Source of the DNA: Candidatus Poribacteria bacterium
GTDB lineage: Bacteria > Poribacteria > WGA-4E > WGA-3G
Length of the DNA: 64,000 nucleotides
Direction: 5' to 3'
Assembly (NCBI GenBank): GCA_963663765.2
Contig: CAXXUA010000006.1
Coordinates: 160,001 to 224,000 of the forward strand
Shown: positions 53,071 through 63,883 of the stretch, piece by piece
Position numbering within the stretch: position 1 is the first letter of the stretch
Layout of the letters: each line of letters opens with the position of its first letter
The notes under the pieces: generated by a model
Told to the model about the DNA's origin: nothing
Databases searched by the model: none
What the model saw: the letters and a program-made list of their open reading frames with translations, nothing else
Made by a program: the position numbers and the translations under genes

Positions 53071-53739
53071 CAGGGTTATTCAGTTTTAAGAATCTATCGT
53101 TATGTCGGTTAACTTTGGGTTAAGATTAGTAATTTTATAGGATTTTTATGGTATTCTTGATTTTGGTCTGAAATAGGATTTTCAGTATTAGTAGATTATC
53201 AAGATATTTCTCATCAGATCCTATTCCAAAATAGGGCATAAACACATATCAAAAACCCTTGACGAGGTAAATCCTGAAAATCTGGTAATCCTGAAAATCC
53301 TGGTTCAGACAAAGAATGGGTTAACTCCCAAAAATAAGCTAACTCAAGGATCAACAACTGTGATAGAATTTACTCAATATATTAAAAACTGAATAACCCA
53401 GGATGAAACCAGGGTTATTCAGTTTTAAGAATCTATCGTTATTCCAGTTAACTTTGGGTTAAGATTAGTGATTATATAGGATTTTTATGGTATTCTTTAT
53501 TAGCGTCTGAACCAGGATTTTCAAGATTAGTAGATTATCAAGATTATCTCATCAAATCCTATTCCAAAAGTGAGCATAAACACATATCAAAAACCCTTGA
53601 CGAGGTAAATCCTGAAAATCTGGTAATCCTGAAAATCCTGGTTCAGACAAAGAATGGGTTAACACCCAAAAATAAGCTAACTCAAGGATTAACAAATGTG
53701 ATAGAATTTACTCAATAAATTGAAAACTGAATAACCCTG
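53071..53739. mobile_element. Two tandem ~330-bp CAGGG..CCCTG MITEs (53071-53401, 53410-53739)
   Basis: CAGGGTTATTCAGTTTTAAG / AAAACTGAATAACCC(A/T)G ends; near-identical interiors with AATCCTGAA motifs. Confidence 0.85.
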
Positions 53740-53822
53740 CACCCGCATAATTTTTCTTTACATCATTCTGAAAATTCAATATACTTTTAAACCCATGCAC
53801 TTGAAATATCTGCTATCCAAAA

Positions 53823-55700
53823 ATGAGAAACAAGAACTTCAATAGGAGGCGCACAATGCAAACCCCAACTTCTGCCCTTGAAGAAACCGGCATCGGTTCC
53901 ATCCACGTTGATCCAATTCCACCAACAGAAATAGATGATTCCCAACTCATCTACCACCAACTCTGTCCCGCTGACGATTTTGAGGAACTGGAAGGCAAAC
54001 CCTTCCATGTCAACGGCACGCATCTGGCTGTCTTCAAGAACAACGATAATTACTTTGCAGTTGACAACCGTTGTCCACACATGGGCTATCCAATGTCTAA
54101 AGGAAGTATTCGTGACGGTGTCCTAATCTGTCACTGGCATCACTGGGAATTTGACCTCAGATCCGGTGCCTGTTTCCTCGCTTCAGGGGATGATCTGAAA
54201 GCATTTCCGGTTGAAGTCCGAGAGGACGGTTATCTATACGTTGGATTAGCAAAAGGTGAAAGAGAAGCAGCAAAACAACGTGTCATCGCAAACGGCAAAC
54301 GTGCATTAGAGCGCGGACTAAAAGACCGAAGCACATTCTTCATTGCAAAAGCAGTTACTGCACTTCGTGACGCAGGTGCGCCACCAGCAGAGATTATTCA
54401 TCAGGGACTCCACTACGGTGCACACAAAAGCAGTGATGGTTGGTCGTCAGGTGTGGCAATCCTTACACTCGCTGCGAACATGTGGGACGATGTCGACCCA
54501 AATGACCATAATCTGTTCCTTGTCCACGGATTAAGCCAGATCAGCCGAAGAACTTCAGGAAGCGCAAGACCCTATCGCGCACCATTTCCACGAGTCAAAG
54601 AGGAGCACGACCTTGAAACACTGAAACGTTGGTTCCGTTATTTTATCAATAAACGCCACAGAGGTGCAGCAGAACGTATTCTACTCACACTAAATGACAG
54701 AGGTTTTGACAAATCTATCATCGCAGACTTCATTTACACTGCAGCAACCGACTATTACTTCACTGGTGACGGACACGCAGTTGATTTTGCAAATAAGATG
54801 TTTGAAGCATTGGAATATATTAACTGGGAAGAATCACACGAAATCTTGAGACCAATCGTCGTGGATTTGGTCAGTAGAACACGGCATGAGGAAACTTCAA
54901 GATGGGCAGACGCTGTACCTGTCCTTAGACCTGTGTTTAAGAGGATTGAGAGTATTTGGGAAGACAATCAAAATAACGAAGCAGAACTGGATATATCGGC
55001 ATTCTCACAAACACTGCTCGCAGACGACTTTGAACCCACAGTCGCCATAGTTGAGGAAGCACTCCGTAGCGGCGTCAAACCAACTGACATCTGCCGCGCA
55101 ATGACCTATGCATCAGCAGTGCGCACTGCACGATTCCATCTCAAAAACGAAGGTGACTGGCACGATGTCGCTAACATATACTCTTATGCACACGCACTTT
55201 ACAAAGCATTTCAATATGCACCAAGCGCAGATATGCTACGCGGTATATTCCACGGTGTGGTGTTCTTAGCATACATGCGTTGGTTGAACATGCCTGCTGC
55301 CCGTGTCCCTAAACCAGGGCAACGAATCCCAGATGAAACTTACACCTCACCAAAGAAAATGTTAGAACGTCTTCAAGAATTCGCTGACTTCCAAAAAGTC
55401 TATGAAGCAGAGATTTTGGTAAATCAGTATCTTGAAGAAGGACATGACGTTGATGCACTCAAGCAAACGCTTGCACATATCTTACTCCGTGAAGACGCTG
55501 AACTCCACATGTTCCAAGTGCTTGAAGTCGCCTTCAGACATTACGACCTGTCAGATGACTTTGAAGAACAACGCATGCATCTGTTGGCAGCGACACGTTA
55601 CATCACAGCACAAAAACTGATGAAGAACATCCTGTGGTCCACCGAAAACGCAGAACGACTCGCGCGCGGTGAACTACTCAGCGAACGCGACGATGACTAA
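53823..55700 (+). CDS. Rieske [2Fe-2S] domain protein with a large helical C-terminal region
   Basis: NRCPHMG..ICHWHHWEFD. Confidence 0.85.
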   Translation: MRNKNFNRRRTMQTPTSALEETGIGSIHVDPIPPTEIDDSQLIYHQLCPADDFEELEGKPFHVNGTHLAVFKNNDNYFAVDNRCPHMGYPMSKGSIRDGVLICHWHHWEFDLRSGACFLASGDDLKAFPVEVREDGYLYVGLAKGEREAAKQRVIANGKRALERGLKDRSTFFIAKAVTALRDAGAPPAEIIHQGLHYGAHKSSDGWSSGVAILTLAANMWDDVDPNDHNLFLVHGLSQISRRTSGSARPYRAPFPRVKEEHDLETLKRWFRYFINKRHRGAAERILLTLNDRGFDKSIIADFIYTAATDYYFTGDGHAVDFANKMFEALEYINWEESHEILRPIVVDLVSRTRHEETSRWADAVPVLRPVFKRIESIWEDNQNNEAELDISAFSQTLLADDFEPTVAIVEEALRSGVKPTDICRAMTYASAVRTARFHLKNEGDWHDVANIYSYAHALYKAFQYAPSADMLRGIFHGVVFLAYMRWLNMPAARVPKPGQRIPDETYTSPKKMLERLQEFADFQKVYEAEILVNQYLEEGHDVDALKQTLAHILLREDAELHMFQVLEVAFRHYDLSDDFEEQRMHLLAATRYITAQKLMKNILWSTENAERLARGELLSERDDD

Positions 55701-55714
55701 TATCTATCAAGTAA

Positions 55715-55942
55715 TACCAATTCAAATAAATCTTGTCTCATTAAGGAATTCTACTGTTTACTGGCAGGGGGTTACTCTCTTCGGTAGGAGCGAACTCACG
55801 GTCGCGACCGGGAGGTCGCTCCTACCAGTGTTTACTGGCAGGGGGTTACTCTCTTCGGTAGGAGCGACCTCCCGGTCGCGACCGTGATGTCGTTCCTACC
55901 AGATTTCCGCTGCTAATGAGACATTATCACATGAAAATGGTA
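55715..55942. mobile_element. TACC..GGTA MITE with an internally duplicated hairpin
   Basis: TAA flanks on both sides; two GTAGGAGCG hairpins. Confidence 0.85.
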
Positions 55943-55965
55943 TAATAATCAATCAAGAGACATCC

Positions 55966-57249
55966 ATGACAGAAAATCATACACAACATACTACAATGAC
56001 CAACCAACAGTCGATTTCTGATAACCATTCAAGACGGGGTTTTCTTACCAAGGTAGGTAAGGCAACACTTCTCACGAGTTTAGGCATGTTTGGCGCAGGT
56101 TGTGATGCAGTCAAACGGGGTTTGTTAGATAGAGAACTCATGCCTGTTGTCACGGAAGACCTGACAGCAGCAGATCTTCCAAAAACAGGCATGCTTGTCC
56201 ATTCTAATCACCCCTTTAATGGTGAGTTTCATCCACATCTCCTCAATGACGATGTTACACCTACAGCACGGCATTTCGTTCGCAATAACGACAGCCTGCC
56301 AAAACGAGCAATTACAAGAGATTTAAACGAATGGAAATTAGTTATTGATGGTGAAGTACATAAAGAACTTGCTTTAACGATGGATGATTTACTACGTTAT
56401 CCGCAAGTGACCATGCAGATAGTTCTGGAATGCGCAGGAAATGGTAGAAGTCTATTCGATCCTATGGTTGATGGCAATCCATGGGAACGCGGAGCAGTCG
56501 CCTGTAGTGAATGGACCGGTGTACGATTGCGTGATGTCTTACAAGCATCTGGTGTAAAACCAAGTGCCGTTTATACCGGAAACTACGGAGACGATGTCTC
56601 CACCGATGGAAGTGAGCAATTCTCACGTGGAATCCCAATTGAAAAAGCAATGGATGAACACACACTCATCGCTCTTAGAATGAATGGAGAAGTGCTACCC
56701 GCAGCACACGGATTCCCAGCAAGATTGATTGTCCCCGGGTGGATCGGTAGTGCTATGCAGAAATGGCTAAACCGTATCTGGATAAGAGATCGGATTCACG
56801 ACTCAGAAAAAATGAGTGAATATGCATATCGAATCCCAGCGTATCCTGTAGAACCCGGTGTTATCCCACCCATAGAGGATATGATAATAGCAACATCGTT
56901 GCGGGTAAAGTCGCTCATCACACAACCTGAACCACTTCAGAAATTCAACATAGACACACCATTAAAGATACGAGGACACGCTTGGGCAGGAGAAAACCTA
57001 ATTGAAAAAGTCCTCGTCTCTACCGATTTCGGTATCCAATGGGAAGAAACACAGCTGATGCAACCCACAAATAAATACGCGTGGTACCATTGGCAAACAG
57101 AACTCAACTTTAGGAACAGAGGGTATTATGAAATCTGGGCACGCGCTAATGATGATAAAGGTAACGTGCAACCATTCACCCAACCGTGGAACCCAAAAGG
57201 ATACCTCGGTAATGCCATTCACAGACTACCTATAACTATAACAGCATAA
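55966..57249 (+). CDS. Tat-exported sulfite oxidase-family molybdoenzyme
   Basis: SRRGFL; FVRN; LECAGNGR; HGFPARLIVPGWIG; WNPKGY. Confidence 0.9.
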   Translation: MTENHTQHTTMTNQQSISDNHSRRGFLTKVGKATLLTSLGMFGAGCDAVKRGLLDRELMPVVTEDLTAADLPKTGMLVHSNHPFNGEFHPHLLNDDVTPTARHFVRNNDSLPKRAITRDLNEWKLVIDGEVHKELALTMDDLLRYPQVTMQIVLECAGNGRSLFDPMVDGNPWERGAVACSEWTGVRLRDVLQASGVKPSAVYTGNYGDDVSTDGSEQFSRGIPIEKAMDEHTLIALRMNGEVLPAAHGFPARLIVPGWIGSAMQKWLNRIWIRDRIHDSEKMSEYAYRIPAYPVEPGVIPPIEDMIIATSLRVKSLITQPEPLQKFNIDTPLKIRGHAWAGENLIEKVLVSTDFGIQWEETQLMQPTNKYAWYHWQTELNFRNRGYYEIWARANDDKGNVQPFTQPWNPKGYLGNAIHRLPITITA

Positions 57250-57265
57250 AGCAAAAGGACTTATT

Positions 57266-57748
57266 ATGAAACTTGGTGTCATGTCCGACAGTCACGACAA
57301 CATTCCAAATGTCAAACGCGCTGTCGCACTCTTCAACGAAATCGGGGTAGACCTTGTCGTCCATGCAGGTGATTTTATCGCACCTTTTGCAGTTGACCCA
57401 TTAGCCGATTTAAACTGTAAAGTCGTCGCTGTTTTTGGTAACAATGACGGTGAACGTGTCGTCCTCGTAAAAAAGTTTGAACCTATCGGAGAGGTGCATC
57501 CCAACCTTGCCAGCGCAACACTCGGTGACAGAACCATCGCTGTGATGCACTATCCTGAACTCGCCATCCCAATAGCAAAGAGTGGTGAATACGACATCGT
57601 CATCTATGGACACACACACAAAATAGACATCCAAAAAGAAGCAGCGCTTTTACTCAACCCAGGTGAAACAGGGGGTTGGACAACAGGAAAAGCAACAGTT
57701 GCTGTCGTAGAAATAGATACGCTTGAAACGAAAATACATGAAATTTGA
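57266..57748 (+). CDS. YfcE/MJ0936-family metallophosphoesterase
   Basis: SDSHD, HAGD, GNND, GHTH, NPG. Confidence 0.92.
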   Translation: MKLGVMSDSHDNIPNVKRAVALFNEIGVDLVVHAGDFIAPFAVDPLADLNCKVVAVFGNNDGERVVLVKKFEPIGEVHPNLASATLGDRTIAVMHYPELAIPIAKSGEYDIVIYGHTHKIDIQKEAALLLNPGETGGWTTGKATVAVVEIDTLETKIHEI

Positions 57749-57794
57749 TAAGGTTGTTCGTTCGTGTTTCTGTTTTATGGCATTTACACGGTTC

Positions 57795-58310
57795 TTATGA
57801 AAAGAGATGCTTTGCTGCGTCTAAGCCTTTTAGGGAATCCGCCACCTCAACCATTCTATCCCAATATTTGCATTCTTGGCCAGGTTCAGGGATTAACGTC
57901 TTATCCATTGCTTCAAAAGAAGTATTGCTACAGGACATCAATATTCTTCCGTATTTGAGTTGATTCGCTTTTAATTCTGTGGGATGTTCCTCTCCAAAAT
58001 GAATGTTTGACCAGTGAACGCGCAATTCTTGTTGTATGACAGAATCTAACAACATGATCTCTCGTAAAGTTCCATCAGCGATCAGCATACGCATCACTGA
58101 AACTTGTTTCGGATCAGGATACAACTTCAAAAATGGTGTCTTTTCTGATACATAAGCTATCTGTTCTGCTGATGTAGAATAAGCAAGTCGAGATTCTATT
58201 CCTACAGCTGCAGCTCTCAAAATACCATCTGCATAAGCAATACGTTTCAAACCAACGGCTTCAAGTATATAAATGTCTTCATGTAAATCTACAAATTCAT
58301 CATTCTTCAA
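57795..58310 (-). CDS. Hypothetical protein
   Basis: 171-aa ORF with GGAG upstream of TTG. Confidence 0.55.
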   Translation of the reverse strand: MKNDEFVDLHEDIYILEAVGLKRIAYADGILRAAAVGIESRLAYSTSAEQIAYVSEKTPFLKLYPDPKQVSVMRMLIADGTLREIMLLDSVIQQELRVHWSNIHFGEEHPTELKANQLKYGRILMSCSNTSFEAMDKTLIPEPGQECKYWDRMVEVADSLKGLDAAKHLFS

Positions 58311-58328
58311 AATTAAGCTCCTTTGTTA

Positions 58329-58482
58329 TACCAATTCAAATAAATCTTGTCTCATTAAGGAATTCTACTGTTTACTGGCAGGGGGTTACTCTCTTCGGTA
58401 GGAGCGACCTCCCGGTCGCGACCGTGAAATCGCTCCTACCAGATTTCCGCTGCTAATGAGACATTATCACATGGAAATGGTA
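58329..58482. mobile_element. TACC..GGTA MITE, solo copy
   Basis: TTA flanks on both sides. Confidence 0.85.
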
Positions 58483-58561
58483 TTACATGGCAAATGGAAT
58501 GTTTGCAATGCAATTATAAGAGACCATACTACGAATAGGTCGTTCCCATGGAAACACAGTA

Positions 58562-59098
58562 ATGCAACATCATCTCGGTATTTTTACACAACCGTTGCTC
58601 GATCTTATCTTAATGGGAAGGAAAACAATTGATAGTCGATTCTCAAAAATTCGGTGTGCGCCATATCTCAAAGTTAATACTGGAGATCTTGTCTACTTGA
58701 AGGAAAGTGGCGGATATGTCAAAGGACAATTCACTGCATCCAAAGTGGAAACTTACACAGACTTGACTCCCGAACTGCTTCACGATATTTGTAGAAGTTA
58801 TCATCGTCAAATTTTTGTCAATACACATTATCAAGATTTTTGGGAAAAGTGGACCGTCTCAAAATATGCAACTCTCATTCACATCGAAAATGTAATTGCA
58901 TATCAAAACCCGTTTTCAATCCAGAAAAAGGATGCGCGTGCTTGGGTGGTATTAGATCAACCACATAGGTGTCAACTTAAGAAAAAAGTGTTGGCATATT
59001 CTCTTGTGGGAGGGGTTTGTAACCCCGATTTGAGTGGAAATGAACATAAAATCGGGGTTGCAAACCCCTCCCACAAGAGGTCAGAATCCTTAAGTTGA
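58562..59098 (+). CDS. ASCH/PUA-like domain protein with a MITE-derived C-terminal tail
   Basis: LILMGRKTIDSR..GDLVYLKE; the native end WVVLDQPLPDN* lies after the MITE (stop 59138-59140). Confidence 0.8.
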   Translation: MQHHLGIFTQPLLDLILMGRKTIDSRFSKIRCAPYLKVNTGDLVYLKESGGYVKGQFTASKVETYTDLTPELLHDICRSYHRQIFVNTHYQDFWEKWTVSKYATLIHIENVIAYQNPFSIQKKDARAWVVLDQPHRCQLKKKVLAYSLVGGVCNPDLSGNEHKIGVANPSHKRSESLS

Positions 59099-59105
59099 CA
59101 CCTAT
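58965..59105. mobile_element. 141-bp MITE with perfect 21-bp target duplication
   Basis: GGGTGGTATTAGATCAACCAC at 58944-58964 and 59106-59126. Confidence 0.92.
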
Positions 59106-59152
59106 GGGTGGTATTAGATCAACCACTTCCTGACAACTGATAGATGCTGATT

Positions 59153-60418
59153 CTACTCAATATATCCTAAGTTCCGCAGCCTCCCCTCCAAAATCTGTTT
59201 TTCCTCGGGAGTGGAAGATTGTACCTGCAGGTGTTGATAATTGGAATTCATCAAAATCTCATCATAAGTATCACGGAATCGTTCAGTATCTTCGCAGACC
59301 GTATCTTCACCGCTCATTATGTGCCGATACACATATTCACCAGTCTGTTCATCTTCACGGTATAGGTATTCACCATCTGTCAGTGACCAGAGTCGCACTC
59401 CTTGGGAATAACTGCTAATTTCTTCGTTGTCTACCGTCGTCCGAGAAGTCACACGGTGATGCGGCATCTCCAAGTTTTTCCGACTAAGGAAACCAATACC
59501 ATACAAACTATCTAACTCTGACAATACAAAACGATCCTCATCAATATCCGTTGGAGACAGTAAATCTTGACCATAACCCTGATAATCTGTTTCAATACCA
59601 GCAAGTTTTATTATAGTTGGAAACAGATCAATTGCCGAAATCGGTGCATTCGGAAATGATATGGTATCAACATCGGGGATATGTGCTAACAACGGTACAT
59701 GCAACACGTTCTGATGTAGTGTTCCACCATGGTCAACAATTTCGTCACAGATACCTTCCCCGTGGTCCCCGAAAATAAACACAGTCCATTCCGGTAACTC
59801 AAGCTGCTTTAGTATTTCAACCAACTTGAACTCAAGAATATGTATTGCAGCTGCATAATAAAATCGCAGTGCTTCATCTGTCTTACCTTTTTTCACAAGT
59901 GACGCCAGACTCGGTGCACCAGGAATACCATTCATGCCATACCCACCGTGCGTATACCAAAAATGCAGAAAACAGAACTGTGGCGTATCCGATGGTTGCT
60001 TAAGATGATGCATCAAGTCCTCAAGCGAACCGAGTTGTTGTGCATCCGCATTGGGGTCAATCGGTGTGATGAACGACTCATAATCAAGGAAACGGAATAC
60101 CTCAGCGCGTTCAGAACGTCCCGTGATGTGATAGCCAGCATCAGAAAAAATCTGAAAAAGGTTTGGAATACCTTCAAACATTTTGAGATAAGTTTGTCCA
60201 TAAACCCCGTGCTCAAACGGATAAAGTCCTGTGAAGTATGACGTATGAGAAGGACGGGTCGCAGGAGCAGATACAAAGAACTTGTCAGCAAGTGAGAAAT
60301 CTTTAGTCAGCAGGTCGAACTTTGGTGTGTTGAAGAAGGGATTAGTCCGACTTAGTGCATCATATCGCCAACAATCAATCGAGATGAGAAGGAACTTATT
60401 TATAGGTTGGTTAGCCAT
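59153..60418 (-). CDS. Sulfatase-like/alkaline phosphatase superfamily protein
   Basis: LLISIDCWRYD, TRPSHTSYFTG, GDHGE, HVPL, DLFPT, RLRNLGY. Confidence 0.85.
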   Translation of the reverse strand: MANQPINKFLLISIDCWRYDALSRTNPFFNTPKFDLLTKDFSLADKFFVSAPATRPSHTSYFTGLYPFEHGVYGQTYLKMFEGIPNLFQIFSDAGYHITGRSERAEVFRFLDYESFITPIDPNADAQQLGSLEDLMHHLKQPSDTPQFCFLHFWYTHGGYGMNGIPGAPSLASLVKKGKTDEALRFYYAAAIHILEFKLVEILKQLELPEWTVFIFGDHGEGICDEIVDHGGTLHQNVLHVPLLAHIPDVDTISFPNAPISAIDLFPTIIKLAGIETDYQGYGQDLLSPTDIDEDRFVLSELDSLYGIGFLSRKNLEMPHHRVTSRTTVDNEEISSYSQGVRLWSLTDGEYLYREDEQTGEYVYRHIMSGEDTVCEDTERFRDTYDEILMNSNYQHLQVQSSTPEEKQILEGRLRNLGYIE

Positions 60419-60421
60419 TAT

Positions 60422-61780
60422 TTAATCAATTAACCTTGCATTGTACTGCCGCGCAGTGTGTTGATAACCCTCATATCGCTCAGGAACAAAAGGATCAGGT
60501 GTATAGATATAAACAGCATCACTATATGGGTCATAGAGGACAACCTCTTCGCGTACATCCCCACAAACATCAGCAGGTATGCAGTGATACCACCCCATTT
60601 TACCGCCAGTCGGCGGTGGAAGGTTTGGAAACGTTACTACCTTATTGCCTTCGCCTTCATAAAGTGCAGCGGGACTGTATATCAGTTCGGAATCATCTAA
60701 TCCGTTCCAGCGGATAACCTCTAATCCTGTGTTGTTCGGGGATTCATCGGCGCGAAAACGACTCCGAATCTGTCCCTTGTTGTCCACGACCATCAAATCG
60801 GGATAGTGTCCGTTATAGCGGATAACTAAGTTCGGCGATGCGTTCGGAAGCAGGTTTCCATAACGGATTTCTTGTCCATGCGGTATAACCTCAAAACCGA
60901 GAGAGAGAACAGCATTACCAGTTGAGTCAAGAACTTGTCCACCACCTGAAAGGATAGCCCGTTTTTTTCCATTCCACTCCTCAACTAAAACCGAGTCTAT
61001 ATTTTCACCAAGGTATTTATCCCATAGCACTGTTCCATCAGAAGCAAGTCCAAAATTACCACCGTTGACTTCATCAAGACCATCACCGTTGAAATCACCA
61101 ACTGCCGGGATATATGCAGAATGCTTCGGATAGCGAAACCATCTGTCTGTATGTTTCCAAAGCAGGTCAAGTTTATGGTTAAACGCGAGTACATTCACAC
61201 CAACCTTGACCACAAAATCTTGTGGTTGTTGATTACCACTGAAATTGGCAATCATCAACCGTTGATGTACATAATTTGGGATATGACGTTCACCTTCTGC
61301 GACAGCATTACACTGCTGAAGTTCTTCAGATACGACACAACGTTTAACATCACCAGTTGCCCCATCTAAAATCATCAACTTGATTGCAGACAAATCCCAT
61401 TTGCTTGCTTCAGTCACTTCATTGTCTAACCAAAAACAGATAACCTCTGAATGTCCATCCGCGTCTATATCGTAAATTGCAACGGGACCAGGTCTATCAG
61501 GTGAACGTGTAGTTAGACGGTTATGCTTATTATCTTTGTCTTTGATTTCAAGATGTTTGTCACCGATGTGCCACAGTGGTTCACCCGCAAGATTAAACGC
61601 ACCGAGAAAACATGGATGAATACCACCGAGTGACTTGTACACGAGAAAATCAACATCTCCATCACCTGTGAGATCCCCTATTCTAATATCTCCACCCCAT
61701 GATTGACCGTCAGTTTCATTGAGAAAATCGGATGGGATCGCAACTCGCTTATAGAGATGTGCTGCTTGTGGTGTGTTCAT
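60422..61780 (-). CDS. FG-GAP/beta-propeller protein (rhamnogalacturonan lyase-like)
   Basis: Repeated GDLTGDG, DIDADG, GDFNGDG, ADVCGDVREEV motifs. Confidence 0.7.
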   Translation of the reverse strand: MNTPQAAHLYKRVAIPSDFLNETDGQSWGGDIRIGDLTGDGDVDFLVYKSLGGIHPCFLGAFNLAGEPLWHIGDKHLEIKDKDNKHNRLTTRSPDRPGPVAIYDIDADGHSEVICFWLDNEVTEASKWDLSAIKLMILDGATGDVKRCVVSEELQQCNAVAEGERHIPNYVHQRLMIANFSGNQQPQDFVVKVGVNVLAFNHKLDLLWKHTDRWFRYPKHSAYIPAVGDFNGDGLDEVNGGNFGLASDGTVLWDKYLGENIDSVLVEEWNGKKRAILSGGGQVLDSTGNAVLSLGFEVIPHGQEIRYGNLLPNASPNLVIRYNGHYPDLMVVDNKGQIRSRFRADESPNNTGLEVIRWNGLDDSELIYSPAALYEGEGNKVVTFPNLPPPTGGKMGWYHCIPADVCGDVREEVVLYDPYSDAVYIYTPDPFVPERYEGYQHTARQYNARLID

Positions 61781-62544
61781 TTAGACAAAGCTTTGAATAG
61801 TCCAACATAAAGGGCGAGGACCTTCTCAGGATCCGGTCCAGTATATGCACATTCATTGGAGATGTAACCTGTGAAGCCGATGCGATTGAGCCATTGAAAC
61901 ATCTGCCTGTAAAGTTCAAATGTCTCTGGTAATTCCACTTTGTGCGTATGCACTGCTGTAATATGCTGTGCAACCTGTGAAAAGAGAGGGTCAATACTGC
62001 CATTTTCGCAACCAACAAATTGTGAATTGAAAACGAATCCGACATTCGGTAGATTGACACCTTCAATCACTTCCATCGCAGAGTCTGGGTTTGTGAAAGA
62101 ACCGTGCATCTCAATAGAAACAGTAATATCCTTCTCTCCAGCATAGGAACCTAATGCCTTAAGTCCATCAGTCACATAACCGATAACTGCGTTCCGGTTT
62201 TCATTGGTGTATCTATCACCGAGTACCCGCACGTGATCACATTCCATATAGTCTGCCATATCAATGACGCGTGAAACACGTCGAACGGTTTCTTCGCGAT
62301 CAGATTCATTTTCTGAGTGAAAGTTCTGGCAACTTGTTAGTGAAGAAATAACAACTCCGCTTGCATCTACTTTTGCTTTCAGCTCTTCCCATTGATCTTT
62401 GGGTGTATCCCACTCAAATCCGTGTTTCTGTTTGTAATCCATTAGGAGTTCTACACCGTGATACCCTGTTGCTTCGGCGGTATCAAGGATACGTTTGAGT
62501 TCCCAATCTTGACATGTCTGATATGTGTTTAATGACCACTTCAT
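61777..62544 (-). CDS. Sugar phosphate isomerase/epimerase family protein
   Basis: GYHGVEL, SIEMHG, GFTGYISNE. Confidence 0.85.
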   Translation of the reverse strand: MKWSLNTYQTCQDWELKRILDTAEATGYHGVELLMDYKQKHGFEWDTPKDQWEELKAKVDASGVVISSLTSCQNFHSENESDREETVRRVSRVIDMADYMECDHVRVLGDRYTNENRNAVIGYVTDGLKALGSYAGEKDITVSIEMHGSFTNPDSAMEVIEGVNLPNVGFVFNSQFVGCENGSIDPLFSQVAQHITAVHTHKVELPETFELYRQMFQWLNRIGFTGYISNECAYTGPDPEKVLALYVGLFKALSK

Positions 62545-62550
62545 ACTTTT

Positions 62551-63633
62551 TTACTCCTGAATAGGTATTGGATACCAGAGTCCTCCAGTTTTTGATGATA
62601 GTGCGAGGTGTGTAGTATCAGGAATGCCGATAACATCTACGATGATTTTGTTCTGTTGACACTGCCGCAACACATCTAATAATTGGTATGATCCTTTACT
62701 TGCCTCGTCTGTCACAAGGACAAACCTTCTTTTTGCTTCCTCCCGAAATTTGACCCGTCGAATTGCTTTGACAATTGCATTATGTGCACGTTCATCCCCT
62801 GCAGCAGCAACGACATGAGATGTCAATAACCGTTTATACTGATCTATATTCTGTTTGGGTTGATGAACGATGGTGTCACCCTCAAGGTATCGAAAAATGA
62901 CAATACCCAACCGAAAGTCAATCCCCTTTTCTTCAAATACTGTAGCCATCTGATTGAGTTGTCTACCGACAGCGCGGATATTATCTATCATACTTCCACT
63001 GATGTCAAGTAGAAATACAACATCAACAATGCTGTCATCTGTGGCGTCAGCAACACTTTCTGCTATTCCCTCTAACGCCTCACCCATCATACCATCTCTA
63101 TCAACAGGCATAGGAGCATTCTCCGAACTATCTTGTGATTCTTCAGTTTGTTCTTGCGACATTTCTGCTACGGGTGCTATAGTCGGTGTTGTTGGGTTCT
63201 TTATCGCTATCGCTTTCCATTGCGGAGAATCGATAACGATTTCACTGAGGGATGTCTCTGCTATTGGTAATTCTGCATCTGTTCCAATTGTTGTCAGTGC
63301 GTTCCCAGTAGTAATTGGGCGCGTCGAATTAATCGGTTGAGCAGCACTATGTTCAGTGATTTTCACAGTATTGGAAGACAAAGAACGTCGTCTTGGTATT
63401 GATCGTTTGCGCTTGCTACTGATATGGAAACGTTTGATTGAGGAAACAGTGATTTCATCTTTCGTTAAAGGGACAGAAGCATACATCGGACGATAGATTG
63501 TAATATAACTCAGACTTATTAGTGCGATTGCAGCGATATGCAATGCTAACGACATCAGAAATGCCCGTGTCATTTTCTTTCTTTTTTGTTGTAGTTTTGT
63601 TGAGTAATCTAAAATATACATGTGCTGTTTCAC
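62551..63633 (-). CDS. Membrane-anchored VWA domain protein
   Basis: SLALH TM segment; DVVFLLDISGSM MIDAS; VLVTDE. Confidence 0.88.
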   Translation of the reverse strand: MKQHMYILDYSTKLQQKRKKMTRAFLMSLALHIAAIALISLSYITIYRPMYASVPLTKDEITVSSIKRFHISSKRKRSIPRRRSLSSNTVKITEHSAAQPINSTRPITTGNALTTIGTDAELPIAETSLSEIVIDSPQWKAIAIKNPTTPTIAPVAEMSQEQTEESQDSSENAPMPVDRDGMMGEALEGIAESVADATDDSIVDVVFLLDISGSMIDNIRAVGRQLNQMATVFEEKGIDFRLGIVIFRYLEGDTIVHQPKQNIDQYKRLLTSHVVAAAGDERAHNAIVKAIRRVKFREEAKRRFVLVTDEASKGSYQLLDVLRQCQQNKIIVDVIGIPDTTHLALSSKTGGLWYPIPIQE

Positions 63634-63647
63634 CTAATAGAAACTAA

Positions 63648-63801
63648 TACCAATTCAAATAAATCTTTTCTCATTAAGGAATTCTACTGTTTACTGGCAG
63701 GGGGTTACTCTCTTCGGTAGGAGCGACCTCCCGGTCGCGACCGGGAGGTCGCTCCTACCAGATTTCCGCTGCTAATGAGACATTATCACATGAAAATGGT
63801 A
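63648..63801. mobile_element. TACC..GGTA MITE, solo copy
   Basis: Same unit as the 7653-8716 array. Confidence 0.85.
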
Positions 63802-63883
63802 TTACTAAGTCATACTATAGTTTAGACAGTTTTTTACAAACATGAGTTGATAAGAAATTGATTCACCGCTTATGTTACCAAAT

